Shown here one piece after another: positions 37,386 to 51,836 of a DNA stretch of 64,000 bases; position 1 is the first letter of the stretch; every line of letters begins with the position of its first letter. Source of the DNA: Octopus bimaculoides (Eukaryota). A program made the position numbers and the translations under genes. Below the pieces are notes generated by a model. The model was not told where the DNA came from, made no database searches, and saw nothing but the letters and a program-made list of their open reading frames with translations. The stretch is from positions 94,767,036 to 94,831,035 of the forward strand of contig NC_068987.1 of assembly GCF_001194135.2 (NCBI RefSeq), read 5' to 3'.

Positions 37386-38275
37386 CAGGGTATGATGGGT
37401 AAATTGTTGCCATTCTATATTTTTAATTTCCCACATGCACATTATTTGTTCTTGAATTTGTCGACTACACAGTATAGTAGGGTCAGTTGGGCACCGTCTG
37501 TGAGAAAAACAGCACCTTGACGCAATTCACTCTGTCACAGGTTTGGAAATGACATGCTGTATCACTTGGTATTTGCACCGAAACCTCCAATTTGAAGAGT
37601 TCAGAGTGTTTGGGTGTCAATCTGAGGACAGTCTAATCTGAGGACATGTACCGACAGTGATAAAAATCAAACATCCAGTCAACATCATAAGTGCTTGGAT
37701 TAATCACGAGTGATGGCGATGTTATACCTCCATTCATCTTCCCATACGGCCTCAGACTCAACACGGAGGCCAACATCAAGTACCTGGAGGAAATCGTGCT
37801 GCCCTGAGTCAAGAGGGTGGTTGCTGGAAGACCCTATGTCTGGCAACAGGACTCTGCACCATGCCATACAAGCAGGGGAACCCAGTCATGGCTGTCAGAC
37901 AATTTCTGCAACCATATCACTCTTAGCATCTCACCACCTAACACCCCAGACTCCAACCCCCTTGCTTATTACATGTGGGGCACATTTGAGCGAGAGACCA
38001 ACAAAACTCCTTGTAACACCAAAGATGAACTGAAGGCAAGGATTATGGCAGCATTCACCAACGTAAACAAGGAGACTGTCCAGAAGAGTTGCAGGAGATT
38101 CCAAAGTCATCTGCAGGTTGTGGCTGAAGCCAATGGCGATTTTATTGAATTAATTTATTCTTTAGTATTTCAAGATATTTTAAAGTAATTTTGGTAAATA
38201 TCTCTGTTAAAATGAGACGTCAGTGTTATTTTCATTTTTGCTTAATTTAAATGACAGTTTATTCACCGCACCCTG
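37386..38275 (+). mobile_element. Second maT-type (DD37D) transposon, internally deleted
   Basis: Ends TA|cagggtatgatgggtaaattg and cagtttattcaccgcaccctg|. Peptide YVWQQDSAPCH...PPNTPDSNPLAYYMW has 37-residue spacing with the third Asp changed to Ala, and ends ...VVAEANGDFIE. Confidence 0.85.
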
Positions 38276-38330
38276 CATATGTATACCTATACATATGCAT
38301 ATCTTTATATATGTATGTACAAAGAAAAAG

Positions 38331-38369
<39 letters not shown>

Positions 38370-39511
38370 NNNNNNNNNNNNNNNNNNNNNNNNNNNNNNN
38401 NNNNNNNNNNNNNNNNNNNNNNNNNNNNNNNNNNNNNNNNNNNNNNNNNNNNNNNNNNNNNNNNNNNNNNNNNNNNNNNNNNNNNNNNNNNNNNNNNNNN
38501 NNNNNNNNNNNNNNNNNNNNNNNNNNNNNNNNNNNNNNNNNNNNNNNNNNNNNNNNNNNNNNNNNNNNNNNNNNNNNNNNNNNNNNNNNNNNNNNNNNNN
38601 NNNNNNNNNNNNNNNNNNNNNNNNNNNNNNNNNNNNNNNNNNNNNNNNNNNNNNNNNNNNNNNNNNNNNNNNNNNNNNNNNNNNNNNNNNNNNNNNNNNN
38701 NNNNNNNNNNNNNNNNNNNNNNNNNNNNNNNNNNNNNNNNNNNNNNNNNNNNNNNNNNNNNNNNNNNNNNNNNNNNNNNNNNNNNNNNNNNNNNNNNNNN
38801 NNNNNNNNNNNNNNNNNNNNNNNNNNNNNNNNNNNNNNNNNNNNNNNNNNNNNNNNNNNNNNNNNNNNNNNNNNNNNNNNNNNNNNNNNNNNNNNNNNNN
38901 NNNNNNNNNNNNNNNNNNNNNNNNNNNNNNNNNNNNNNNNNNNNNNNNNNNNNNNNNNNNNNNNNNNNNNNNNNNNNNNNNNNNNNNNNNNNNNNNNNNN
39001 NNNNNNNNNNNNNNNNNNNNNNNNNNNNNNNNNNNNNNNNNNNNNNNNNNNNNNNNNNNNNNNNNNNNNNNNNNNNNNNNNNNNNNNNNNNNNTAATGCT
39101 ATTGTAAAATTTTATACATCTTTCTAACTCCTTTTTTTAACATGTAATCCTTCCATTTTCATCTGTAATAATTGTGTCTTTCTTTTCATGAAAGGTAAGT
39201 CTTTTTTCTTTGAAGTTATGTGCTAGGTGTTTTATCTCGTACACAACGGAAATAGGTGGCATTGAACAGATGTTTGTAATCCATTTTTTTTTGTTTTTGG
39301 TTTCTACTTTCCATTACTTTATTTTACTATTAAAATATTTCTTTTGTGGAATTATAATAAAAAAAAAAAACAGAGTCAGACATTCAAATACTCCTTTTGT
39401 CAAACAGGTATCTTCTCACAAACCTTCACTAACATTGGAATTTCTTTCTTTCAGTATTAAACAAACCCAGAAAAATTGCAGCATTCTTACCTTTAATATA
39501 TACTCATTTTC

Positions 39512-39529
39512 TTACTACTACTACTACTG

Positions 39530-39563
<34 letters not shown>
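39512..39563. repeat. (ACT)n microsatellite, given as one example of many simple repeats
   Basis: Seen directly. Others include (GAA)n at about 12690-12722, (GATA)n at about 52777-52805, (TTA)n at about 53478-53518 and 63716-63752, (TAA)n at about 63143-63183, and dozens of (TA)n, (CA)n and (GA)n tracts. Confidence 0.98.
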
Positions 39564-39565
<2 letters not shown>

Positions 39566-42500
39566 GTTATGAAAAAGTGTAATGTCCAGGAGAATAAGGT
39601 GTGGGACTGTATTAGAAATTTTCAGTGTTTTAGCAAATGTTGCTCTTTAATGATTGGATAGACTTTGAATTTCACTTGTATAATTTCTTTACACCAGGTT
39701 TGAGAAGTTATTGTTGTTATTGTTGTTTATAGTCACCTTTCATCTCTCCTAATTTGCTAATATGAATATTGTGGCTTTGATTTTGATCAACTGAATTGAA
39801 ATTTGTGTTGTGCCAGTTTTGAGGAAATTATTTCTATCATTTGAAGCTTACATTTAGTATTTTGAGTTTTGTTTATATCAGTCAGTAATATGTGTGGAAG
39901 AGTTTAAAACTTCAGCTGATTCCCCGGTGCTGATACTCCTCTTGATTAAATCTGCTTATTCCGTTTTTTTTTTTTTATATAAAACTACACCATGAAAGAA
40001 AAGAACAGATTTCCAAACAGATTTCATAATTTGTACGTCTTTTCTATGCCATGTAAAACTTCCCTAAATAGAGGTCTTGCAGTATGATTTCTTGTGTCAT
40101 AGACAATCTTGTAATCTGCTCTGTCATGTTATGTGTAAAGCATTTTCCCTTTATCTCTGAAAGATGAAAGTCAATTAAGTACACATTGACAGCCAATCAG
40201 AGACATTTTCATGAAGATGTTTTCAATTTTATCTGATACAGTTTTGCTAATTCTAACAAGTTCTGATTACATAATATTTAATAAGATTAGTGGTGCAATT
40301 ACTCATAAAATAAGGTTTGTGGTCCTTGATAGGAGCATATGATATTCTTGAGTTGGCACTCTCTCATTTAAACTGATATTGGAGGATGTAACAATTTAAT
40401 TCATATCTCAGTATTTTTGTAATTTCGTAAACTAGAATCATATTTCATGTTACATTTAAAAAAAATTATTTTTGTATATAGATGATGGATAATTCAAGAA
40501 TTACTTGAAACAAACTTTCTTCTTTATTGCTAGTTCAATATTCTCAGAATGAAGACAGCTATCTTTATCGAATGAATTAATTACCAGTGTAACTGACAGC
40601 CCTAATGTGATTTACTTGACTGATAATTGTTTCACCTAACTTTGAACTATACAGTGTTTTTTATTTTTTTTTTAAAGTATGTCTTTAGAAATCTCTCTCT
40701 CAGACATAATGCCGCAGTGAAAATGCATTTAACAGCATACATTAAGCATGTGATAATGATAATGCTTCCATAATTGAGCTGTTTCTAATACAAATTTGAA
40801 TTTCGTTCTACTTGTACAGTGCTATTGCACATCAGAAAATAGATTTTATGCTATTTGTTTATATTTCTATCTGGCAATATGGATCTATTTCAGAAATGGG
40901 ATAAGTATACCACCTGGATAAGTAGGGGAAAAAGTGAAATATCGATATCTGTCATTCTAATTTGCTTCTGGATTTTATCTAACTTTGAGGTATATTGTGT
41001 TTTTTAACACTATACATCTTTAAAGGGGCCAAACTCAGGCATAATATTACACCTACAGATGTTTAACAACACACATATATTGTGTAGTTGTTGAGCAGTA
41101 TATTCCTGGTTATGGCATATAAATGACTAGAATATTACCAAAGATTTGGCACTAGCTGCTGTATTTGGCAATATTAACATGCTGACTGGAAATGCATTAC
41201 TTGTTTGATGCTGAAGGTAAATATACAGCCCTAGTTCACTCAGTGAGAATAAAAGTCAGAACAAAAAACAGTGCAAAGTCACAGCATTTCCCAAGGTGGA
41301 AAGAACCCATTGAACAATGTCAGCTGTGTACAAATATTTCATTTTGTAGACTGAGAAAATTGACATACATGTTGCCAAAATAAATTTACTTTTATGAGAA
41401 CAGCAGCAAATGTTCTACTTTTTGTGTTTGGGAATGTCTTAGGATTGTGTGAATTTTTTTAGAATGTTTCTCCTTTTGGCTAAGTAAAACTGGCAACATC
41501 TCCTTCCTTTCTGGACAGGCCAAAGCTATACAAGTAGTTTCCAGTTGATTCTGCATGATGATCATTTCCATTCACTGTGCTCTCACTCTTAATCCTATAT
41601 GAACATCCTGCTTCTGCATTGGGCTTTCGGACATTTACTACTATTATTTTCAATATTTTTTGATACTAATGTAAACACTTGGCAATTGAAAATGGTAATA
41701 AATACCTTCAAAACAGCAGCAATTTTCCCTGTTAACTTTTAGTGGTTGTACTATGTATTCTGTTAGATGAGATGGCCAATGCAAGTTTCCATGCTATATT
41801 GTGCTCTGTTACAATGAATTCCTTATAAATTAACTGTCCCTAAATTTTCTAGCAAATATATCTTCATTACTAGATATTACAATTTATAGGATAACTTTAC
41901 AAAGAAATAAGTATGATGAAAATGTCCACTTCACCAAATGTGATCAGTCAGTAGTATGCTTTGATTATTGTGGCACACTAAGAAGTTACTGTGTTAAGAA
42001 TACAGGAAGTACAGAATAGGTGCATTGGGTCAGCTTAACTGAGGTTAATTAAGTTGTTTAGAAAATGTTTTAGTAAAGCTGGAATAAATGTAAACCTTGA
42101 CATTGCTTCAGTGATGAAGTAAATGGTTTTATTGTATTTGAGAAAATGTTTGTGCCTATGTCCATCTTAATATACGAGTTTGGTTAGATAATGTTAGCAT
42201 AATATATACAATGAGTAAATGAATTAATCATTCAAATTCACAAAACTGAACCACTTCATCTACTGATCCTATTAATTAAATCGACCAGTTTTAATACACA
42301 CACACATAAATATTTAGACAACAAAAACATATGAATATTTGTGCATATATTATTATCAGAACATACACTCATCGCATTGCATGCATCTATGTGCAAATAG
42401 ATATATTTTGATTGAAATGTTCATTTACAAACTTCACATCATATTTCTTACTCTCTCTTTTTTCTCCCTCTTACAACACAAACATGCACGCATGCACACA

Positions 42501-42710
42501 TCACCTAATGTATATTCTTTTGGAAAGGTAACATGAAGCTATTAAATGATTTTAGTGAATCTCTCCATTAATTTAATAATTTGATGTTGTTGCTGTGGTT
42601 ACAGTTGCTCCCATTACTATACTTCCATATTTATTTAATTATCTATTGGTGTCTGCATGTGTGTATATACATGGGTGTATGTATACACACATACCTACAA
42701 GAACATATAT

Positions 42711-42767
<57 letters not shown>

Positions 42768-44637
42768 ATGATTTGTTGAAGTATACCATTGCTTTTAAGC
42801 ACTCAAATAAAACAGCTGCAACAACAACAGAATCAATACGACCACAACTAAATACTTCCAAAATAAATTAAGAAAAAAAAAAGTAGAAATTAAAAATAGT
42901 TGAAATCTAGTAAAATAGATTGAATGAATCCCATTAAGTCCTTTAGACGTTCCTGTCTGGATGAAAGTACGGCTGCAGTTGTTATTCAATTATAAATTCT
43001 TATTATTTAATTAAATATCTTTTCTAAATATCATTGCACTGAAATTGTTGCTAACTCACTTTAACATGTTGTTGTTGTTGTTTGGCTTCTTTTGTTCACT
43101 TCTTTGGTTTCTATTTACTTGTTATTGTTTTCTCTTTTTACACCCCATTACTTGTGTCAGATGGCTTTTGTTTGTATGTGCATGTGTGTGTATGTGTGCG
43201 TGTGTGTGTGTAGTTTGATATAAATCCCATCCTGTCCAGTTAGCAATATTGTTGTTATGATAGTAGTGCACTAGTTGTACTGGTGGTTGTTATGAATATA
43301 TAAATGCATCTCTTGTTTACTGCAGCTGTTGTTGTTTAGCCCCAGGTCATCCTTCATTGAGCAGACTTATGATCAAAGGCATTCCAACCATGCCCATAGC
43401 ATTTAGGAACATCGTAAGAGCACACTGTCTAATGTAGCCTTCTTTTTCTTCAGATAGAGGTAGGGTGATTTAATTGACACTTAGCTGTTGTTTCTCATAC
43501 GGTGAGTAATAACAAAAGTGCCCCTGCCTTGTTACTACAGCAGTTATTGTTATCAGTGTTATTGTCGCAGCTGAATGGGGTTTCTTTTTTTTTCATTTTG
43601 TTGCTATCATTATTATTGTTGTTGTTGCTCTAAATGTGACTAGTCATCAATACTGCACTGATATTAAGTCAGATATACACAAAGACAATGCACAGACCCA
43701 AACTTTTGCATGAATCAATACACACACAAACAACCAATTCAACTTCAAAATACACTGTCATACATCACTGCTCCCGTTGTGCTCCTTTCTCTCTCTATTT
43801 TATTGCTGTACATTAAATATAGTCAATTTCCTTTTGCACTGTCCAATGTACAAATTTAAAATATTAATTTCAGCTTTGAGAAGCAACTATGTCTGCCTAC
43901 ACATCCATTCAGCCAACCACACACACACACATATTCGAAGCTGAATTTCTGTGAAAGGCAGGAAATGCTTGCTATAGTGGTTGTAGAACTAACATAATCA
44001 TGATCTCAAACTCTTAATCAGACCTACAGAGTATATATATGTGTGTGTATGCAAGCATGGAAAAGTGGATGTTAAATGATATGGTATAATGTTGAACTGA
44101 ATGTTTTGCATGTGTGTGTGTGTGTGTGTGTTTTCCAGTATATGACCATTCTCCAGTGTATTTAGAAATTTCTAAATAAATATCATTAACAAAAATTTGC
44201 CAATTCTGGTCATTTTCTCAAAATGATAAAAAATTGGGTTCTAAAAGTCATTTTTCTCCAAAACCCAAAAGCTTATGCGTTTGTGTTTTATGATAAAACC
44301 AACGGATTTAATAATTGTAAACATTATCATTGTTTGAACTCTGGATAGATTTGAACGATGAATTGCTGAGACATCTTTTTCAGTATCTCATGCAGAGACA
44401 GCTTGTGAAAATCATTTTTAAGGAATTTTCAGTAAGCATATACAGCTTAATTACATAATCACTGATACACCAAACTAATTGTTAGTGCAGCTATCTCTGG
44501 TTAGAGTTCTGGGAATTTTAAATTCCATAAAGTTCTGTTAAATAGGACCTTCACAGCAAACAACAACAGCAATAGTAATTATAACAATTTCTAACTGGGT
44601 AGATTTTTTTACTAGTGACATTTTCTTTTCTCTATCG

Positions 44638-44844
44638 TGAGCTGGCAGAATCGTTAGCGGTATTTCATCTGTCATTACGTTCTGAGTTCAAATTCCACCG
44701 AGGTCGACTTTGCCTTTCATCCTTCCGGGGTCGATAAATTAAGTACCAGTTACGCACTGGGGTCGATGTAATTGACTTAATCCCTTTGTCTGTCCTTGTT
44801 TGTCGCCTTTATGTTTAGCCCCTTGTGGGAAATAAATAAATAAG
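44638..44844 (+). mobile_element. tRNA-headed SINE, family B
   Basis: gagctggcagaatcgttagc...ctgagttcaaattcc (A/B-box-like), then aggtcgactttgcctttcatccttccggggtcgataaattaagtaccag and an (AAAT)n tail. The central block resembles widely shared metazoan SINE core domains; I did not assign which one. Confidence 0.8.
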
Positions 44845-45384
44845 TATCTGTATATATTAATATTCTCTATTTATATCTAAAAAAATGCCTTCGAACTCAC
44901 AACTTACCATTTCTAATTACTGTTTCTAATTTAGCATTTTGTGTATTATTAATTAACCATTTTTCAATTTATTTAAAATTTACCTTTCATATTATCCATA
45001 TTATCATTTTACTACTACTAGAACTGCTGCTGCTATTAATAGCTCTGAGTTTTGTACTGTTCATCCATAATCTTTATACACAATATAATATTCCCAATAC
45101 TTAACAACAAAAATATTGAAATAAAATCAACAAAAACAGTTACAGTAATGATAAAAACATCAAAACATCTATCGTCATCTTATCCTTCAAGCACCTTAAA
45201 ATGGCTGAAGTAGCAAATTATTACTGGATTTCATTACTGAAAATTACATTGAGTTGTTGCTCCCAGCCATTTTGACTTTATATAGTTTGTGTCAAAGACA
45301 GAGACAATGCAAATAATATGAATTAAACAATATAGTATTGTAGATAAAGCATTTGCATGTGTATACACACACATATTCTCTCTG

Positions 45385-45453
<69 letters not shown>

Positions 45454-48400
45454 TAGTAATTTGTTGCTCAAAGTGAAATCAAATCTCATCTGTGAGTTGG
45501 TCCCTTTAAGTTGGTCACATTTAGTCACTGCCAATTCTAAAATGCTGTACATTGTGTTGATATGAATCTAAATCCAAATTGCATGACTGAGCAATATAAC
45601 AAGTCTATAATATTTTCATCATTCTGTTCATGCCATCACATCTGTTTAGACTCTCTAGGATGACTGTGTCCTTTCCTTTTATATTCAAGTTGGGTGTAAC
45701 ATTTGATTCTAGAAGATTCAGTGACCCTGTAATAATAATAATATCAATATCACCCACATTCACTTGTGGTTTCAAATGTATTTTACCACGGTATTGATGG
45801 GTGTATATTTATTTATGTATCTATTTATTTATTCATTCATTTATTCCAGTGGTCTATGTGTGTGTGTGTGTGTTTGTGTGTTTGCACACAGCCGCATACA
45901 AAATTGCATGAGCTGCCCCACACATCGCAACTGATCTTTCTGTCTGTTTCTCGTTTCTCAATCTGTCTCACATGCACGTAAACATGCACACACACACACA
46001 CATGATCTATTTGTTTCAGTTAAGGTAACCTACAATTAATGTGTCTTTAGGGAGACATGCTTGATACAATTTCTATGAAACAAGTCATAGAAACCATGGT
46101 CAAAACTGAGATGTGTAAGCAAGAGGTAGGCTTTGAGCCATCTCAGAGGACACTGACTCCAAATGGGAACTGTTAGTCCATGCCAGCCTATGGAAATATA
46201 GAGGTAAAAAGGATAAAATCAATGATAGTAATGGCAGTGCTGATGGCTGTGTGTGCAGAGAGAGAGAGAGAGAGAGAGCTAAAGCAACAAGCTTCTAGCA
46301 TTGTCAGCCTACTGTAGTATTTCACATACATTTATAACTGGTCGTTATGCATTTGAGATCATTCTGGAATGTTCGTGGGCCAAGCCATTTTTCATTTTCC
46401 TTAATTTTCCTCCTCATTACAGTCTTTGCATATTTGTGTGTGTTTATGTGTATACATGTATGCATGTATATGTATACACACACATATATACATGTATGTA
46501 TGTATGTATGTGTTTGTACATATATACACATATATGCATATGAATTATGTAATCAACATCATTAGCTTACAGCTGTTTCTGCTATAAGATGCACTGCACT
46601 CAGCACTGAGTGCTTTATATGTGCATATATATTACGTGTGTCTGTCCTTTTAAAAAAAAGGATACAGAAAACTCAGAGTATGAACATTGGGAAACCTGAT
46701 AAATTAATACACAAATACAGAGACAAATACACACACATACAAAGACACCCCTCCACATACACACACACAAAGACACCCTCCACACACATATACACACACA
46801 CATGCACAAGTAGACAGTGTACGAGCCTTATGAGTTTTGGTTATTAAAAATATAAACTGATTCTTAAATCTTTCTTTTCATTTTTTTTTTAAGATTAAGC
46901 AAATTAGTTTTTGAGTGCTGTTGTGTTTTATTTCATAAATTTAAAGCAGGGTTGCTTCTTATTGTTTAATTTGCCTTTAAAATTAGTTTTTGAAGGATTT
47001 GTACACTTGAGGCCATTGAAATAAATTATAAATTTAGAAGGGCACCCTATGTTCTTAGCTTCTTTCGTATTTCTTACACACCAGGAGGTATCGGTTCTTT
47101 ACTTAGGCACCAGGCACACCATTGGAAGATGAGGCTTTTGTTAACTTCATTTACTTTAACTAGATATATTAAGGATTTCATAGTTTGGAAACTAAAGAAA
47201 CCTTCATCAGAATTTGAATTCAGAATAGAAAAGCAACATAAAAAATGTAAATAATGCTTTGTTACTGCTTATCTGCCATTAACATCATTCTAAACATGCA
47301 TTCCTCTTAAAATCATCTTGCTAGTTATTTTCTGCTATCACACTCATATATAACTTTACTTCCTTCATAATAAGTATAGCGAGTGCATTTTTCACTTGTA
47401 TTTCTCATACATGCAAATCTATGTATACTGTTGCTTATGATAATGTTGATAAAGAAGTCAGTATCAATCGGGTGTTTATAGAAAGGAACAACTTTTATCT
47501 AAAAATGTTGAAATGAGTGGAATCATTATTATTTATGAAAATCAGTGGTAACAACTCCCCATAGCAAACTAATAAACTAATGTCATTATCTGTTTCATTC
47601 CTACTTAATAAGGATTCATTTTCTCTCAGGAATGATGGAAATCTAAGCTTTTTTATTTCTTTGAATTTAAAATTTGAAAATTGATCTATTTCCCTAAATT
47701 GAAATGCAGAAATGATAAAAAAAAATTAAATACTTTTTATAAAACCTGGAGAAAAAAAGAAAAAGAAACAACTTGAATTCACAACTAATTCAAAGATTAT
47801 TTCCAACTGGATGAACAATTTTGAATATTGATAAAAAAAATTCAAGAAAAACAAAATTACTTTTTATCATATTATTAATAAAGTTAGAATGTAAAAAATA
47901 TTTAAAATTAAAGAAATCTTTGTTATTAAATTTTGAATCAGATATGATTTAAATTTCAGATTTTACAAGCTGCATTTCAGGTTATGAAAATATCTTGGTT
48001 TGTAACTATTTTGGCACTGATAAATTACTTCTCCAAAAACAAGAATTAAAAAACAACTTGAATTTAAATATAATTCATAAATGATTTTTTGATCAATGAC
48101 AACATTTTCAAAAATTGCCAGGAAAAAATATTTAAATCAAAATTCCTGTACCTAGTTTCTAATACTATTTGGCTTCAAAACTCGTTATCAAAGCCTCTTA
48201 TATACTATTTTCCCATAATACTCATTATATATTATTTAATCATTGTCAGGTAAAAACCATTAATAGAATCAAATCAATCATAAATATCATCATCATCATC
48301 ATCATCATTGAATGTCTGCTTTTCGTGCTAGTATGGGTTGGATGGTTTAACATAGAGCAGGCCAGCTGGTAGCTATCCAAACTCCAGTTGTCTTTTGTGG

Positions 48401-48548
48401 AATGGTTTCTATGGCTGATCTAAAAGTCTTTTTCCTGCAATTACTACTAACAGTCATAAATATATGTACAAGTAAATAGATGGTGGGTTTACATCTTCAA
48501 TGAATCTTAATTTGGTCATTTCCTTTTGATTCTCTTAGGTTAATTATG

Positions 48549-48601
<53 letters not shown>

Positions 48602-48831
48602 NNNNNNNNNNNNNNNNNNNNNNNNNNNNNNNNNNNNNNNNNNNNNNNNNNNNNNNNNNNNNNNNNNNNNNNNNNNNNNNNNNNNNNNNNNNNNNNNNNN
48701 NNNNNNNNNNNNNNNNNNNNNNNNNNNNNNNNNNNNNNNNNNNNNNNNNNNNNNNNNNNNNNNNNNNNNNNNNNNNNNNNNNNNNNNNNNNNNNNNNNNN
48801 NNNNNNNNNNNNNNNNNNNNNNNNNNNNNNN

Positions 48832-48884
<53 letters not shown>

Positions 48885-49338
48885 ATGTATATTATGGACT
48901 CTCCTGTTGAATGTGGCTCCAGTATCCAATCTTATAGCTGTTAGTGCTTTATTCATCAGATGAGAATAAGAACTCTGTCAAATTGTAGTAAAGAAGCATT
49001 GCTTTATTTGTTGAGCATGGAATCAAGGGATAACTTTTTCTTTGCTGCTGCAAAGATTAGTTTATCCATAAATATTGGAATTAGTTGATTTAAAATGTTT
49101 TTTGTTTTTTTTTTTCTGATGTATCTAAAGTTGTACTTTGTTAGGAAGATTAATGTGAGGAAGAGTTTCACTAGAAAGTTAGGTTTATAGTTCTTTCAGA
49201 TAATGTTAGGAGTACAGTTCCATCATTCACTCCAACATCCCTAATGAGTTGGTAATGAGTTTGTCATTAATCTTCAGTTATTTTCTAATTCATAGTTCTT
49301 CTGGAGTTCTTTGATGATGAGACATTTACAAGCATCTG

Positions 49339-49375
<37 letters not shown>

Positions 49376-49664
49376 CTTATAAGTTTCTGGCTTTATCAGA
49401 GAATACATGACGATTGTTGGATAAATCCTTTTGGAAAACAATCACATGTTTAAGAAATATGATGCCCTTGATTAACATACAGTCAATCACTTTCAAATTT
49501 ACCAGGTAGGCAATTATGTGGAGGATTGTTTATTTGTAGTCAGGGAAGAAGGCCACCATCATATTCATTTTATTAAGTCCGTTGCTTTTCTTTATAGTAA
49601 TTCCTTATAAATGCTTCTAGCTGGAAGAGGTATGTCCTTGAGTAAGATACTTGGGTATTGTTGT

Positions 49665-49834
49665 TCATGACGCATGCGTACGAACAACCATGCTACATGG
49701 CAGTGAAACATGGGCTGTAACTGCTGAGGACATACGTAAGCTCGCAAGGAATGAAGCCAGTATGCTCCGTTGGATGTGTAATGTCAATGTGAATACCCGT
49801 CAGAGTGTAAGTATCTTGAGAGAAAAGCTGAACA
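49665..49834 (+). mobile_element. RTE LINE ORF2 fragment truncated by a gap
   Basis: Peptide HDACVRTTMLHGSETWAVTAEDIRKLARNEASMLRWMCNVNVNTRQSVSILREKLN. Confidence 0.85.
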
Positions 49835-49844
49835 NNNNNNNNNN

Positions 49845-49887
<43 letters not shown>

Positions 49888-50711
49888 CACACACACACAC
49901 ACACTTCACTATATAGGATAGACGAGTATGACATTGAGACAGAGAACCACTCTACATAGAGAGCAGATCTGGTTCCTGCAATACAGATAGATTCCTTTAA
50001 GGGAACACATAGAGAGATGTGCAGGTAACATCAAACCAAATTTCACAGTTTTCCCCTTATACCAGTGCAAAGATACAATTTCTAAACAAGAACGTTTAAA
50101 TAAAGAAAATTTATTCATCAAAAAGTACAGAACATGTCTAAATATGCATGCATAACCAACTTTCATCTCTATACATATTTTAATTCAGGATTACGTACCC
50201 ATCACTGTACATATTTCTCCCCACAACTCTAGCTTTTGAATTTTTCTGTATATATATTTTCCACCCCACCCAAAGATGAATGGTTATCTCTCCTGTCCAC
50301 AATAATAAAGATCACCAATTACCTCTCCGTATATTTTTCTACCTGATGAATCATTCATTCAGAAACTCCATACACAACATGGACAAAAAATTTTTTCTTA
50401 AGAAAATACGTATTTAAATAAATTTTAATGTCATGATTAGTAAAAGGGAAACCGGTCAACAAACACAATATAAAAGCTATTAAAAAATATATACTGCACA
50501 CACTATGTACAGTGTGTGCATTTTCCTTCTTTAATTATATATATATATATATGTATAACCGGTTGAAACTGCTGAGATAATCTTGAACTCGACTGAGGAT
50601 AGAAAGCTCTGAATGACCTGTCCTTGTTTTTCCTGTCTTTTTTTTTTTGTATCGTCTAATTGCCCAGATGTTTTGTTGTCACCTGTTACGTTCTTGTTCC
50701 ATCTTTTGTTT

Positions 50712-50753
<42 letters not shown>

Positions 50754-50777
50754 TGCATGCATATATACACAGACATA

Positions 50778-50819
<42 letters not shown>

Positions 50820-51030
50820 NNNNNNNNNNNNNNNNNNNNNNNNNNNNNNNNNNNNNNNNNNNNNNNNNNNNNNNNNNNNNNNNNNNNNNNNNNNNNNNNN
50901 NNNNNNNNNNNNNNNNNNNNNNNNNNNNNNNNNNNNNNNNNNNNNNNNNNNNNNNNNNNNNNNNNNNNNNNNNNNNNNNNNNNNNNNNNNNNNNNNNNNN
51001 NNNNNNNNNNNNNNNNNNNNNNNNNNNNNN

Positions 51031-51111
<81 letters not shown>

Positions 51112-51374
51112 ATGTATGCACCCACAATCTTCATTCTTTTGGCTAACAATTTTACTTTTGGACAACCTTACTCCGATTAAGAAGCTATAACTTAAGAATT
51201 CAGTCTCTCTGAACATTGTTTGGTGACCTTCTATTCCATGCTTCCACAATTATTTTCTCACTTCTATACTGTGTGTGTCAGTGAACAAAAGAACAGAAAA
51301 AGCATTCAACACAAATTTGTTGGAGTAATATTATGTTAACCAGACATTTTGCTTGGCAGTTCTGAAGTATTTGT

Positions 51375-51763
51375 GAGATGCAGTGAGATGGAAACACTCC
51401 AGCCTATGGCAAAATGGTGAGTGGTGGTTTCATCATGACAATGAACTCCTGCACACTGTCTTTAGTGTGAGACAGTTTTTGACCAAAAATGGCATGACCC
51501 TGCTTAGCCACTCTTCCTATTCACCTGATCTTGCTAATGGGAAAGATTTTGCAGATGTGGAAAAGATGAAGAAGAAAACAAGTGGTGTTAAAAGGCTTCA
51601 TTTCACAAGGTTTCCAGGACTGCTTGGAACCATGGAAAATGTGTCTGGACTGATGCCTTGCTTCAAATGAAGAATACTTTGAAGACAATAAAAGTGTAAA
51701 TATGTAATACTAAGTGCATAAAATAATATTGCAAAATTCCAGTTTCTTTTGGGTACCCCATCA
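51375..51763 (+). mobile_element. Mariner-like transposon 3' fragment
   Basis: Peptide WWFHHDNELLHTVFSVRQFLTKNGMTLLSHSSYSPDLA...FADVEKMKKKT fits mariner HDNA...YSPDLAP. A terminal TIR-like aaaattccagtttcttttgggtaccccatca|TA follows. Confidence 0.8.
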
Positions 51764-51786
51764 TACATGTATGTGTGTGTGCATGT

Positions 51787-51836
<50 letters not shown>

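Noticed and set aside
39150-39200. Strong donor-like gaaag|gtaagt after the 724-nt gap, as a possible missing teneurin exon
   Set aside because: The upstream sequence is AT-rich with stops and has no teneurin-like peptide.
50546-50710. Insert between (TA)n tracts containing GAAAC and CTGAGGA, as a possible hammerhead
   Set aside because: Stems I and III could not be formed with the required core. It is probably a small repeat of unknown family.
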